Origin: Candidatus Latescibacterota bacterium | GTDB lineage: Bacteria > Latescibacterota > UBA2968 > GCA-2709665 | Reading direction: 5' to 3' | Assembly (NCBI GenBank): GCA_965198095.1 | Contig: OZ240239.1 | Location: 118,641-182,640 of the forward strand | Length of the DNA stretch: 64,000 nt | Shown here: positions 47,266 to 57,036 of the stretch, piece after piece | Position numbering within the stretch: the stretch's first letter is position 1 | Layout of the letters: each line of letters begins with the position of its first letter | Translations under genes and position numbers: made by a program | Notes under the pieces: model-generated | Database searches by the model: none | Told to the model about the DNA's origin: nothing | What the model saw: only the letters and a program-made list of their open reading frames with translations

Positions 47266-48330
47266 TTACACAATGCGCCACCGCGTGCCCATCAGGCAGG
47301 TCTTCTCGTCCAGTTGGTCCTTCTGGTAGTAGACTGTCCAGATCGATTCATCAGCCAACTGAACCGAGGCCGGGTAGCCCAGGTCTGCGTCGTGCGATGC
47401 GCAGACGAGCCCTTCGTTTCCGGCCTCCCAGCTCCTCCCCTCGTCCTTGCTGATACAGGCATACTCTCCGTACGGTGGCCTCCGCTTCCCGTAAACGACA
47501 AGCAGCCATCCGTTGTGCAATCGAATCAAGTGGGGAGGATAACCCCAGATCGAAGTCGGCGCCGCCACTGTCCAGGTCGCCCCGCCGTCCTCACTCAGCG
47601 ACTGCCGCAGAAAGTGCTGCGCTCGGTCTTGGGGTACGTAGCGAAACATCGCGACGAGGCGCCCGTCTTCCGTCTCGACGGCGTGGGGTTCGTGGTAGTG
47701 ATCGATCGATTCATCGGGAGGGATCTCGATCCGACCCAGAAGCACCCAGGAACGGCCGTCGTCCTCCGACTGCTCTACCAGGAGCGCCTCCTCGTCGTGA
47801 AAGATCGTCCTGCCCACGTAGAGGAGCCGTCCGTCACTCAATTCAATTGGACCGTGAGGCGCGCTCTCCTGCGTTCGAACCGGCGCCTCCCAGGTCTTTC
47901 CTCCGTCCCCCGACCGCCGCACCCAGTGCCCCAGCCAGTCACGCCTGTCTTCCTGTGTAAGCGAATCAATAGTCGCCTGCCACCGGTCTGCCGTCTCGTC
48001 GCCGTACTGCTCCCGGTATCTCAGCATCCGCGCTTCCGAAGCGACGCCGGTAAACCAGCTCACCACGATCGCGCCAGATCGAGTCACAATGATCCCCGCA
48101 TCCCGATCATCCACGGGCGTGTCGTTGATCGTCTCCGGGGTACTCCAGTTCGCGCCGCTGTCGGAGGACCGCACGAGCTGCGTCTTGCCGTAGGGACAGA
48201 CGTGTGAATCGCGGTCTCCTGAAAAGGCGACAAGCAATTCTTCTTGTGCCGTCTTCGCGATCGTCGGCCAACCGATGTAGCGACCGGGTTGTTTGCAGAT
48301 CACCTGCGTTGACAATACTTCGATTTCCAC
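47266..48330 (-). CDS. BNR/Asp-box repeat protein, exo-alpha-sialidase-like (GH33-like), no signal peptide
   Basis: 354 aa with five Asp-boxes (SSDSGANWS, SGDGGKTWE, SEDDGRSWV, SEDGGATWT, SKDEGRSWE). Confidence 0.7.
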   Translation of the reverse strand: MEIEVLSTQVICKQPGRYIGWPTIAKTAQEELLVAFSGDRDSHVCPYGKTQLVRSSDSGANWSTPETINDTPVDDRDAGIIVTRSGAIVVSWFTGVASEARMLRYREQYGDETADRWQATIDSLTQEDRRDWLGHWVRRSGDGGKTWEAPVRTQESAPHGPIELSDGRLLYVGRTIFHDEEALLVEQSEDDGRSWVLLGRIEIPPDESIDHYHEPHAVETEDGRLVAMFRYVPQDRAQHFLRQSLSEDGGATWTVAAPTSIWGYPPHLIRLHNGWLLVVYGKRRPPYGEYACISKDEGRSWEAGNEGLVCASHDADLGYPASVQLADESIWTVYYQKDQLDEKTCLMGTRWRIV

Positions 48331-48342
48331 GAATTTCCTCCC

Positions 48343-48371
48343 GTAGAGACGCCCCTGCGGGGCGTCTCTAC
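48343..48371 (-). terminator. perfect 13-bp-stem hairpin overlapping the stop codon of the 48368 gene, immediately 5' of the Shine-Dalgarno and ATG of the 47266 gene
   Basis: GTAGAGACGCCCC tgc GGGGCGTCTCTAC, then (minus sense) GGGAGGAAATTCGTGGAAATCGAAG ATG. Confidence 0.4.
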
Positions 48372-49474
48372 CCGACGCGATGTTCTTCCAGCAATTCGTA
48401 GTTCGGTTCCATCCCCAGGCCGGGCCGATCCGGCACGGTCACATACCCATCCTTGTCCAGGACGAGCGGATCCTTGAAGATGCGGCCGCGCAACGGGTCT
48501 ACCGTTTCGCGATAGAACTCCAGAATCAGACCGTTCGAAATCGCCGCAACGAGGTGGATGTGGACCTCCTGCGCACCGTGCGGGGCGATGCGCAGATCGT
48601 GGGCGGCCGCCAGGGCGGCGACCTGCATGAACTCGGTCACGCCTCCGAGGATCTGGGCATCCGCGTTGAAGATCGCGGCGCTGTCGTGGTCGATCAGGTC
48701 GCGGAATCCATAGCGCGTGTACTCATTCTCGCCCGTGGCAATCGGAATCACCGTCGCCTGCGCAACCTGCGCGTGTCCGCGGTAGTCATCCGGCGCCACA
48801 GGCTCCTCGAACCAGAACGGATCGTAGGGCTCCATCTTGCGGGCCATGTCGATCGCCTCGTAGGCCGCGTAGGCGTTGTTGGCATCCACGAGCAGCTTGA
48901 TGTTGGGCCCGATCGTCTCCCTCACGACACGTACCCGCTCCACGTCCTCGGGGATCGACACGCCGCCCACCTTCATCTTCACCGCTTTCGCCCCCAGGTC
49001 CAGATTTTCCTCCATTTCCCGGGCCAGTTCCTTCAACCCTTTGCCCCCTTCGTAGTAGCCGCCCGCGATATAGGTCGGGATGCGGTCCGTGTAGCCGCCG
49101 AGCAGCTTGTGCACGGATTTGCCCAGAATCTTGCCCATCAGGTCCCACAACGCGATGTCGATCCCACTGATCACCTGCGTCGACATTCCGCGGCGGCCCA
49201 CGATCTTGGGTGTCCACATCCGCTCCCAGATGCGCCGATAGGCGAACGGATCCTCGCCGATCAGGGCCTGCTTGAAATGGTCGACCAGGGCGCTTGTCAC
49301 CTCGCCCGGACGACCCGCCGCGGTGCCCCCGCCCCATCCGATCCCGGTAATGCCCTCGTCCGTCGCGATTCGGATCAGGTTCAGACCGACCGTCGTGTAC
49401 GTATACTTCCCGTTCCGAATCGGTCGGGGGCGCGGCCAGGCGTAGCGCTGCACGGTCACATCGGTAATCTTCAT
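48368..49474 (-). CDS. enolase-superfamily acid-sugar dehydratase (MR/MLE family)
   Basis: 368 aa. KMKVG (KxK), DANNAY, and metal-ligand D/E/D spacing. Confidence 0.75.
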   Translation of the reverse strand: MKITDVTVQRYAWPRPRPIRNGKYTYTTVGLNLIRIATDEGITGIGWGGGTAAGRPGEVTSALVDHFKQALIGEDPFAYRRIWERMWTPKIVGRRGMSTQVISGIDIALWDLMGKILGKSVHKLLGGYTDRIPTYIAGGYYEGGKGLKELAREMEENLDLGAKAVKMKVGGVSIPEDVERVRVVRETIGPNIKLLVDANNAYAAYEAIDMARKMEPYDPFWFEEPVAPDDYRGHAQVAQATVIPIATGENEYTRYGFRDLIDHDSAAIFNADAQILGGVTEFMQVAALAAAHDLRIAPHGAQEVHIHLVAAISNGLILEFYRETVDPLRGRIFKDPLVLDKDGYVTVPDRPGLGMEPNYELLEEHRVG

Positions 49475-49575
49475 CCAAGAATCTCCTTACCGATTCTCTT
49501 CGTCAATGACGCAATCTATTGACTATCGTTTCCTTTCTCCGGGCGTTCCCGCCTCCGCCGTCATCTTTTGACTTC

Positions 49576-49616
49576 CCGGTACCCCGTGTCTTGTTCTCCC
49601 GGAACCCGGTACCCGG
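49576..49616 (-). promoter_or_regulatory. GGTACC-box variant (CCCGGTACCCCGTGTCTTGTTCTCCCGGAACCCGGTACCCGG)
   Basis: ~100 bp upstream of the enolase-superfamily dehydratase start. Has an extra GGAACC half-site. Confidence 0.45.
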
Positions 49617-49626
49617 TAGCTCGCTG

Positions 49627-50547
49627 TTACGCCACGTCACCCAAGATCTGCGCGACGACATCCAGACCCACGAGCTCGCTCCACGCCTGCTGCAGCCTGC
49701 CGCACGCCGGTCCCGGCTTTCCGTTACCGATCGCCATGTTGTTGATCCGCGTCACCGGCCTGAGGCAGAATGGGGTCGAGCTCTCAAAGGCCTCGTCCGC
49801 GTTGCAGACGTCGAACACCTGGAAGTCTCTTTCCACGAACGGAATCTCGAGTCTGTCTGCCAACTCGATCACGGTCTGCCGGCTGATCCCCGGAAGGGCG
49901 TTGCGCAGCGTCGGGGAAACGATCGTTCCCTCCTGAACGATCAGCAGGTTCCCGCCGCTGAACTCGGCCACGTTCCCATCCAGGTCCAGCATCAGCACTG
50001 CTGCCTTCGGGTCGACCATCCTCGCCTCTTTCTCCGCCAGCCAGTAATGCATTCGGCTTCGATATTTCATCTTGGGGTCGATACACTGCGGTGGCACGTG
50101 ACGGGTGGACGGCGTTACCGCGTGCACGCCGTCCCGCACCCCCTCGGTCCAGAAGTGCAGGGGCAGAGCGAAGGTGTGAACACAGACCGTCGGTGCCATC
50201 TCCTGCGTCCCGGCGGAGGTGCCGGCGTAGACCGAAAACGATCCGGCCGTGACGAAGTGGATCACGCCCAGCTCCTTTTCCTTCGGAAGCAGCGCGGCGT
50301 TGTGGTCGATCACCTTCATGGTGATGTCGATCATCTCCTTCGGGCTGATCTCTGTCTGGAAACGGGCGTAGTTCATCGACCGGTAGAGCCGGTCCACGTG
50401 CTCGCCGAGCTTGAACGGCTTCTGGTTGAACGTCCGGGTCATCTCGGTGACCGTTGCGCCCAGCACGACACCGGCGTCGTAGACCGGCAACGCAGCCTCC
50501 GCGTAGGGTATGAATTTTCCCTTCAGGTAGGCGATGGGCTCTTTCAC
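49627..50547 (-). CDS. class IV PLP-dependent aminotransferase (branched-chain / D-amino-acid aminotransferase family)
   Basis: 306 aa. Fold-type IV signatures (..EAALPVYDAGVVLGATVTE.., ..VERDFQVFDVCNADEAF..). Confidence 0.7.
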   Translation of the reverse strand: MKEPIAYLKGKFIPYAEAALPVYDAGVVLGATVTEMTRTFNQKPFKLGEHVDRLYRSMNYARFQTEISPKEMIDITMKVIDHNAALLPKEKELGVIHFVTAGSFSVYAGTSAGTQEMAPTVCVHTFALPLHFWTEGVRDGVHAVTPSTRHVPPQCIDPKMKYRSRMHYWLAEKEARMVDPKAAVLMLDLDGNVAEFSGGNLLIVQEGTIVSPTLRNALPGISRQTVIELADRLEIPFVERDFQVFDVCNADEAFESSTPFCLRPVTRINNMAIGNGKPGPACGRLQQAWSELVGLDVVAQILGDVA

Positions 50548-50782
50548 GTCCGATACCCTCCCGCGACGATCTACAAAATACAGCCGCTCATAGCCACATT
50601 ACGCGCGATTGTCCCATCTCAACATACGGAATGTTACACTCCGGCGCGACGCAAATCGGCCCTAGTGACGAATCCTCAGCCGATCGCGCTCTACGGATTC
50701 GAACCACGCCTCCCAGTCATCCTCCGAATGGCGATCCACGATCCGGTCGTCTCTTTTGGGACACGATCGACGAGCGACAGAT

Positions 50783-51553
50783 TTATCTTACGCAGCCCGG
50801 AAAGCACCGCCCCTTGACCCGAAAGTATTCAGGCCCGGGGCCTTCTCGCGTGTAGCGAGATTGGGCGCTCATGTAGGACAGGGCGCTGGCGCGGCGCCAC
50901 CGGTCGGAGCGGTTGGGCGACGTATAGTGGGGCAGCAACGAGTGAAAGAAGAGGCCCGCACCCGCAGGAATGGGGACAACCCTCAACTCGCCGAGTTCGG
51001 CCTGGATTTCATCGTCGATGACGAAATCGTCCGTCACCTGATGATGCGGGAGCGGACCCCGCTTGTGCCCTCCAGGAAGGACCTGCATACACCCGTTTTC
51101 TTCGTCGGTATCGTCAAAGGCGAACCAGCAAGAAACCAGGGCCATCGGTTCGATCGGCCAGTAGGGAGAATCCTGGTGAAACCCTTTGGCCGATCCCACG
51201 CCCGGCGGCTTGGCCAGCAGCGAATTTCGAAACATCTTGATATCAGGTCCCAAGATGCCCTCGACCTTGGAGACGATGGCGGGGTGGGTGCCAAGGCTGC
51301 GAAAGCGGTCATCCCCTTCCACGAGCCCGTCGACCTTCCGAATCCCGTCCCCCGGATGGTCGACGCCGATCTCGCCGCGGGCCACCCTGGGCTCTGTTTG
51401 GAAACGCACGTCGCCCCGGTCCCGGCCTCCGTGCGTGTACGCGCGGAACCGCTCCAGCAAACCTTCGATTTGTTCTCGAGGGAGCAGATGCTCGACAACG
51501 AAGAACCCGTCACGGTCATACGCCACGCGCTCTTTCTGTGTGAGACCCTGCAT
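50783..51553 (-). CDS. phytanoyl-CoA dioxygenase (PhyH) family oxygenase
   Basis: Start refined to MQGLTQKERVAYDRDGFFVVEHLL (AAGGAG Shine-Dalgarno). GFHQDSPYW and HSLLPH form the facial triad. ORF track 50783..51622. Confidence 0.7.
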   Translation of the reverse strand: MQGLTQKERVAYDRDGFFVVEHLLPREQIEGLLERFRAYTHGGRDRGDVRFQTEPRVARGEIGVDHPGDGIRKVDGLVEGDDRFRSLGTHPAIVSKVEGILGPDIKMFRNSLLAKPPGVGSAKGFHQDSPYWPIEPMALVSCWFAFDDTDEENGCMQVLPGGHKRGPLPHHQVTDDFVIDDEIQAELGELRVVPIPAGAGLFFHSLLPHYTSPNRSDRWRRASALSYMSAQSRYTREGPGPEYFRVKGRCFPGCVR

Positions 51554-51667
51554 TTTCACTCCTTGTATATCGCCAGTCAGAATCCACCGGCAGCAAGCTG
51601 CCGGTGCCACACCACACAACATCGATTACGAGACTATATCACCCGCGCCACGGGCACGCTCGAGGCT

Positions 51668-53275
51668 TCAAGATCCGACTCTGAAAGAATAGAGCTCAGC
51701 GTCCTTCATCACAAACCGAAGACGAATCGGCGCTCCTTCCAGTCCCTGTATCGCCCGACGCTCCTTCCACTGCACCTCGTGGTCGATCGCATCGCCTGCG
51801 AACGGAACGGCATCCTCGCGAGAGAAACCCGTGAGCGGCTCCGCGTATTCGTCCAGTACCTCCACCGCCACGCTTCCTCTCGCGGCGCGCGCATTCACGA
51901 ATACTTTCTTTCCTCTCCCCGGATCGAACGGCCGCGTCAACAGTTCTCCCCCGGCGTCCCCGGCGTTCACCGAAACAAACCCGTCCAGGCGAAGCGTGGC
52001 CAGGCCCACCGCCCCCGTGACCTCGCGGCCTTCCACGATCGTATCCCTCACGCGAGAGAGACGCTGTCCGTGGCCCCTGACCTTTCCGGAGTAATAGATC
52101 TTCAGCTCATCGCCGCGTTCGACCATGCCTGTCGGATAGATCTCCATTTCATCCCAGTCTCCGGCCTTCCCGCAGGCCATCAACAGCTGTCGGTCGCATA
52201 CCCGCGTCCAGGCGTGACCGTCCCGACTGAAGGCCAGCTGCGCGTCCATCAGCTTGTCGAGCCCCTCGGCGTCCGAAGGCCTGCCTCCGGTCTCCGGGTC
52301 GGTATTTCCGGTGTGCGTATAGTTGTAGTAGATCCACAGGAACCCGATGTAACAGTCCTCGTACTCGAAAAACGGCATGTTGTAGAACTCAATCCCCGTA
52401 TCATCCTGATCATCCGGCACGAGCACGACGTCATCCTGGGGCAGCGTCCAATGGATGAAGTCCGGACTCGTGCATCGGCCCAGGACCCGAATCCCGCGCG
52501 GCCCCCGCTCGGGGTAGACCAGCCAGGGCATCGGTCTGAAGTAGCCGACATAGGCGTTCAGCCGCGCATCCCAGATCACCCTTCCCGCGCCCAGACCCCG
52601 GTCGAGTACCGGATTTTCCGGGTGGTCGGTCCAGTGGAGCCCGTCTGGCGAGAAGGCAACCCCCACGCGCTGCGATCGGTCCCCCGTGCCGATCACCGCT
52701 TTGAACCGCTTCTGCGGATCCGCGTCGTGTGGATCATACATGGCCGGCTTGCGCGGACACAGATTCGTCTTCTCATCCGAACCGGGAAAGGGCGCCAGGC
52801 CCAAGGGCGGTTTCTCGAAGTGGACGCCGTCCGTCGATACGGCGTAACAGTGGGAATAGACGTTCAAGGGGCCACCCTTTCGCTGCCGAATGTCCAGCCC
52901 GGGCACCTCGACCGAATCGTTTCCGTGAACCCCGTCAACCTTTTCCAGATCCTCGAACCCGGGCAGAGAGTCGTGCACCTTGAAGCAGGTGTACCACAGC
53001 TTGTACAGCCCGTCGTTCTCGTCGTAGATCACCATGTGAGGCGAGGCACCCGTGCCTTCCCACGGATCTTCCGGAACCAGAATGGGATTCTCCGGGTGTT
53101 TTTCGGGCTGATGAAGCACCCGGTAGACATTATCCATCCGGCCGATCAGGTGGTCATCCAGGAAAAGCTGTCGCTTCAACCCGATCTCGATCACACGTCG
53201 CTCCTTTCGCCCCTTGACTCGAAACCCGAAACTGATGCTATCCGAACTGTTGCGGAATAATCCCCCCCGTGGCAT
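51668..53275 (-). CDS. beta-propeller glycoside-hydrolase-like protein (LF[VL]DD / LY[AS]FRV family)
   Basis: KRQLFLDDHLIGRMDNVYRV.., STDGVHFEKPPLG, SPDGLHWTDHPENP, C-terminal ..ELYSFRVGS. The start is uncertain; the longest ORF reaches 53323 and overlaps the sulfatase 3' end. Confidence 0.55.
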   Translation of the reverse strand: MPRGGLFRNSSDSISFGFRVKGRKERRVIEIGLKRQLFLDDHLIGRMDNVYRVLHQPEKHPENPILVPEDPWEGTGASPHMVIYDENDGLYKLWYTCFKVHDSLPGFEDLEKVDGVHGNDSVEVPGLDIRQRKGGPLNVYSHCYAVSTDGVHFEKPPLGLAPFPGSDEKTNLCPRKPAMYDPHDADPQKRFKAVIGTGDRSQRVGVAFSPDGLHWTDHPENPVLDRGLGAGRVIWDARLNAYVGYFRPMPWLVYPERGPRGIRVLGRCTSPDFIHWTLPQDDVVLVPDDQDDTGIEFYNMPFFEYEDCYIGFLWIYYNYTHTGNTDPETGGRPSDAEGLDKLMDAQLAFSRDGHAWTRVCDRQLLMACGKAGDWDEMEIYPTGMVERGDELKIYYSGKVRGHGQRLSRVRDTIVEGREVTGAVGLATLRLDGFVSVNAGDAGGELLTRPFDPGRGKKVFVNARAARGSVAVEVLDEYAEPLTGFSREDAVPFAGDAIDHEVQWKERRAIQGLEGAPIRLRFVMKDAELYSFRVGS

Positions 53276-54773
53276 CGGGCACGACGGAGAGCCAGCGTGC
53301 ATCGTAAAGGGCGCCCTCGGCATCGAAGACCCGTCCGTCGGGAAGCATGTACTGGTTCGGCGTCGTCGGCTTCTGTCCGGATTGGAATTCCGACGACCGG
53401 GCCCTGTCCGCGGCCATCTGCTGGTGGACCCGCTCCCAGCTGAATCCCTCGAAAAGGGCCTCGCGCATCTTCCGACATCGGGTGGCTTGATGGGGGCTTT
53501 CGGCCAGGTTCGTCTCCTCGTCCGGGTCGTTCACCATATCGAACAGCAGCCGGTCTCCCTTCTCGATATCCACGTACTTCCAGTCCCGGCTCCTCACGAC
53601 ACGCATGGCAGCCGCCGCTTCCTGCTTCGCCGTCTGTTTGTAGTTGATCCTCACGCCATAGTGACAATAGCCCGCGGTCACGTACTCCCGGGGCGCTTCC
53701 GCATCCTCAGGGTCCGCCAGCAGGCCGCTGAAGTCCTTTCCGTCCAGCCCTTCCGGAATCGGAAGACCGGCCAGACCGCAGGTCGTCGGATACAGGTCGA
53801 TGAGCGAAATCGGGTGCGGAACCGGGTGATGTCCTTCCCGTATTCCGGGGCCGCGGATCAGAAGCGGGACCCCGATCGAAGGATCGTAGTAGTTGCCCTT
53901 ACCCCAGAGACCGTGCAGGCCGGCCATCTCTCCGTGATCACTCGTGTAGATGACGACCGTATTCTCCAGCAGGCCGGCATCGCCCACACCCTTCAGGAGT
54001 TCGCCGATGCAGTCATCCGCGAAATCCACGCAGGCGTAGTAGCCTTCCCGTCCGCGCCGGGTTTCCTCAGGCGTAAACTCACGCCAGAGACGTCGCGCGA
54101 AAGGCTCCAGCTTCTCCGCAAAGCCGGAGGGCGGATCGATCGGCGGCAGTCGGTCTCGGTAATACCGGATGTAGCGACCCGGGGCCGTAAAGGGACTGTG
54201 AGGCCGGGAATAGGAGGCACACACGAACCAGGGCGTCTCCGGCTCGCGGCTCTGGTGCTCGAGCAAGAGGGCGATTGTCTCCCTCGTGACGACCACGTCC
54301 TGCAGAAGACTCTCGGGGATCTCGGTGATCCCCCCGCTTGTGGCCGAATGATACGAGGGAAACAGGTCGATCGGCTCGGGCTGATGGCTCAAGCCGTGCC
54401 GAAGATCGCCGTAGGGCCGGACCTGGAATCCCTGCATCTGGTCTCGACCGCCGAAGTGCATCTTGCCGACCAGGCCGGTGCGATACCCGTGCGCCGCGAA
54501 GTGGGCCGGCCAGGTTACGTGCTCGGGAAAAATGATCCAATGGTTGCTCCACGCCGCGCATCGGAAATCATCTTTGCCCGTGAGCAGGCACATCCTCGAG
54601 GGGGTGCAGACCGGCGACGCGCAGAAGGCGTTGTCGAACTGGACCGACCGGCCGGCCAGGTCGTCCAGATGCTGCGTGCGGACGTGCTCATCTCCCGAAA
54701 ACCCGGCTACCTTGGGCGCGTGTTCGTCGGTGAGGATAAGGAGAATGTTCGGTTTGTTTGAGTTTCCGCTCAT
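53238..54773 (-). CDS. sulfatase (S1 formylglycine-dependent family), no signal peptide
   Basis: 511 aa. ILLILTDEH and the C-x-P-x-R formylglycine motif in CASPVCTPSRMCLLTG. GKMHFGG. Confidence 0.85.
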   Translation of the reverse strand: MSGNSNKPNILLILTDEHAPKVAGFSGDEHVRTQHLDDLAGRSVQFDNAFCASPVCTPSRMCLLTGKDDFRCAAWSNHWIIFPEHVTWPAHFAAHGYRTGLVGKMHFGGRDQMQGFQVRPYGDLRHGLSHQPEPIDLFPSYHSATSGGITEIPESLLQDVVVTRETIALLLEHQSREPETPWFVCASYSRPHSPFTAPGRYIRYYRDRLPPIDPPSGFAEKLEPFARRLWREFTPEETRRGREGYYACVDFADDCIGELLKGVGDAGLLENTVVIYTSDHGEMAGLHGLWGKGNYYDPSIGVPLLIRGPGIREGHHPVPHPISLIDLYPTTCGLAGLPIPEGLDGKDFSGLLADPEDAEAPREYVTAGYCHYGVRINYKQTAKQEAAAAMRVVRSRDWKYVDIEKGDRLLFDMVNDPDEETNLAESPHQATRCRKMREALFEGFSWERVHQQMAADRARSSEFQSGQKPTTPNQYMLPDGRVFDAEGALYDARWLSVVPDATGGIIPQQFG

Positions 54774-54902
54774 ATGACGACCTCGCCTTCAAAGACTGGA
54801 TACGAACAACCCGAGAAGCGCGATCCCGGTCGCGGCCAGCACACCCAGAATCAGCGGCCGACAATGTCAGTAACGCGACTGGCGATGCGGCCCTGCATAA
54901 GC

Positions 54903-55111
54903 TCACTCCTTCTCGCTCAGTTTCCGAACAACGCCTCGTCCGTTCTCAAATAGCGCCCTGCTGCATCCTCGTTGAGATCGATTTCCAATCCCGGTGTCTC
55001 CGGCACCTCCCTCCCTGGCCTGAGTGTTCGTGGGCCGCGAAAGGTAGAGCATGAAGCTTCCGTCGTTGTTGTAGAAAAACCGGGGCGGCTTCGCCATGCC
55101 TCCCTTTCCAT
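54903..55111 (-). pseudogene. remnant of the 5' end of a GHL-family gene (N-terminal ~20 codons only)
   Basis: Minus-strand ATG at 55111 encodes MAKPPRFFYNNDGSFMLYLS, then diverges into unrelated sequence. The nucleotide stretch ~55040-55111 is homologous to the 5' ends of the 17702 and 19949 genes. Confidence 0.55.
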
Positions 55112-55152
55112 TCGGTGATGAGAACGCCGTGATACGTAGCTCTTTCATCAGC

Positions 55153-55193
55153 AGAAAGACGCCGGCGGACAGGGTCGTTACCGGCGTCTTTCT
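55153..55193 (-). terminator. 13-bp-stem hairpin immediately after the stop of the 55215 gene
   Basis: AGAAAGACGCCGG cggacagggtcgtta CCGGCGTCTTTCT. Confidence 0.45.
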
Positions 55194-55214
55194 GAACAGC
55201 TGGCTTCCGCTGCG

Positions 55215-55952
55215 CTATTTCTTCACTGAAAGGTCGATCATCCTGAACGCATAATCGGCCGGATATCGTGTAATATGGGTTCCCGGATCTTCGTAGTCCA
55301 GGCCTCCGCCGCGAATGACCACCTTGTAAGCGGTGTGCTCCGGACGTGTCGTGTCGCCGATTCTGAAGGTGGTCGTGTTTTCGTAGAGCCCGCTTATGAA
55401 ACTGCCTGGCACGTTGCACCCAGCCGTCATGTTGTAGAAGATGTTCTGAATTCGTTGGATGTGGTTTCGCGCCTCTTCAACCGTCTCGAAATCCGGGATC
55501 GCCTGAGTCAGCGCACTCTGGACAAAGGCATTGTGCTGCCCTTGCAGGTTGCCCACCCGCTGGCGCTTGATCAACTGCCCGGCGTGGGTCCGTCTCACCG
55601 TTTTGAGGCTTTCGCCCGGCCCCCACCAGTCCACCGTGTTGTAGTTGCTTCCAGAGCAGCCCGATCCGACGATCATAACCGAAACGATCGGTTTTTCTTC
55701 CTCAATCGTGATAGACCCGACCTCTCCCTCGATTTCCATCCCTTTGTGGTTGTATTCCAGCCAGTTTTCCACCTTCACATTCCTGTAATGAAACGGAAAC
55801 GTGTAGACGTGATGTTCCGTCTCGAACACTTCCACCTCCTGCAAGTCACCCATCTTGTCCGCGTCAGCTTCCGAGGAATAGCGGGCCAGGTTCTCTGAGA
55901 CCAGCGTGTAGTTGGGACTCCCATCTTCTCTTTCGTTCACCCAGTTCATGCT
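55215..55952 (-). CDS. hypothetical protein, lower GC than surroundings
   Basis: Likely start MNWVNEREDGSPNYTL.. within ORF 55215..56048. No recognisable motifs. Local GC is ~53% against ~63% for the window. Has its own terminator hairpin. Confidence 0.4.
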   Translation of the reverse strand, partial: SMNWVNEREDGSPNYTLVSENLARYSSEADADKMGDLQEVEVFETEHHVYTFPFHYRNVKVENWLEYNHKGMEIEGEVGSITIEEEKPIVSVMIVGSGCSGSNYNTVDWWGPGESLKTVRRTHAGQLIKRQRVGNLQGQHNAFVQSALTQAIPDFETVEEARNHIQRIQNIFYNMTAGCNVPGSFISGLYENTTTFRIGDTTRPEHTAYKVVIRGGGLDYEDPGTHITRYPADYAFRMIDLSVKK

Positions 55953-56094
55953 GTCGCTCCTCTGTCTTCGGGTTGGAACAACGACCGAGTCTTTCTCGAA
56001 TGGTTCTCGTAAGATAGTATTGATGCTTCGAGGCGGGCCAAAAGTCAATCAGAATCCGAATTGATGGCACACTTTGGGTGACGATTCCACCGAT

Positions 56095-56985
56095 TCAACT
56101 CAGACACGCCTCGAGATATTCACGAGCCCGGTTGACCTCCACCGCCACCTCTGCTATGGGTTCCCGAATCGGAATCCCACGCGGCGCAGGATGCATGAAC
56201 ACCTCGGTCCAGCCCGCATATTCGATCTCCTTCAAGGCCGAAACAATCGGAGCGAAATCGAGCGGCCCACGGCCCGGCATCTGCAGCAAGATCTCCTCCG
56301 GCTTCAGCGCCCCGTGACTCCCTTTCCCGTGCTGCCAGGCATAGAAGAGAAACAGCTTGTCGTCGAGGTCGCGGATGAGCTGAGCGACCCGCTCAGGATC
56401 GTCCGGCAGATGATAGGGTGCGAGGGCAATGCCCAGGGGTCTCGACCCGGCGAACTCGGCCAGCCACCGCATCGAGTCGAGCGAGTCGACGATCCAGCTG
56501 GCGTGGTTCTCGATCCCGATCCGGACGCCGAGCGCCTCTGCCAGGTCCAACTGAGGCTGCTGGCGCGCCACAAACTGCTTTACGGCGCGCCTTAAGTCTT
56601 CGCCCTCCAGGTCGGCCGGTCCCCCGCTTCCGCAGACGACAAGCTCGGCATCGAATGCCCTCAAGAAACGGATCTCGTCGTCAAGACCGAAAGGGCCCAG
56701 GTCAAACCGGGTAGAGACGCCCAGCTTGACGCCGTGCGTTTCCAGCATCTCCAAAAATGCATCGTGGCCCATGGCTTCGGCCTGCTCCCGCTGGTTCCCG
56801 TGTACGCGAGGCCAAATGTCCAGATGTTTCGCCCCGACCTTTGGAACCTCGGGAAGGACCCGCGCGAGAGGGGTCGTGCCGTACAGCGAGGACGCGAGCA
56901 GATACCGGAATTGGAAGGGCGGGTCACAACCCATCTTTTTTCCCGTCGAATCGCCGGCGGTGAGGGTCAAACAGAAGGGCGGCAC
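56095..56985 (-). CDS. sugar phosphate isomerase/epimerase (xylose-isomerase-like TIM barrel)
   Basis: ..LGVRIGIENHASW.. and HLDIWP... The start may instead be the internal MGCDPPFQF (56934). Confidence 0.65.
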   Translation of the reverse strand: MPPFCLTLTAGDSTGKKMGCDPPFQFRYLLASSLYGTTPLARVLPEVPKVGAKHLDIWPRVHGNQREQAEAMGHDAFLEMLETHGVKLGVSTRFDLGPFGLDDEIRFLRAFDAELVVCGSGGPADLEGEDLRRAVKQFVARQQPQLDLAEALGVRIGIENHASWIVDSLDSMRWLAEFAGSRPLGIALAPYHLPDDPERVAQLIRDLDDKLFLFYAWQHGKGSHGALKPEEILLQMPGRGPLDFAPIVSALKEIEYAGWTEVFMHPAPRGIPIREPIAEVAVEVNRAREYLEACLS

Positions 56986-57036
56986 GCGCGCCGCCCTTGA
57001 ACGGATCTTTGAACGAAATCGTGTTCGAGTCCCGCG

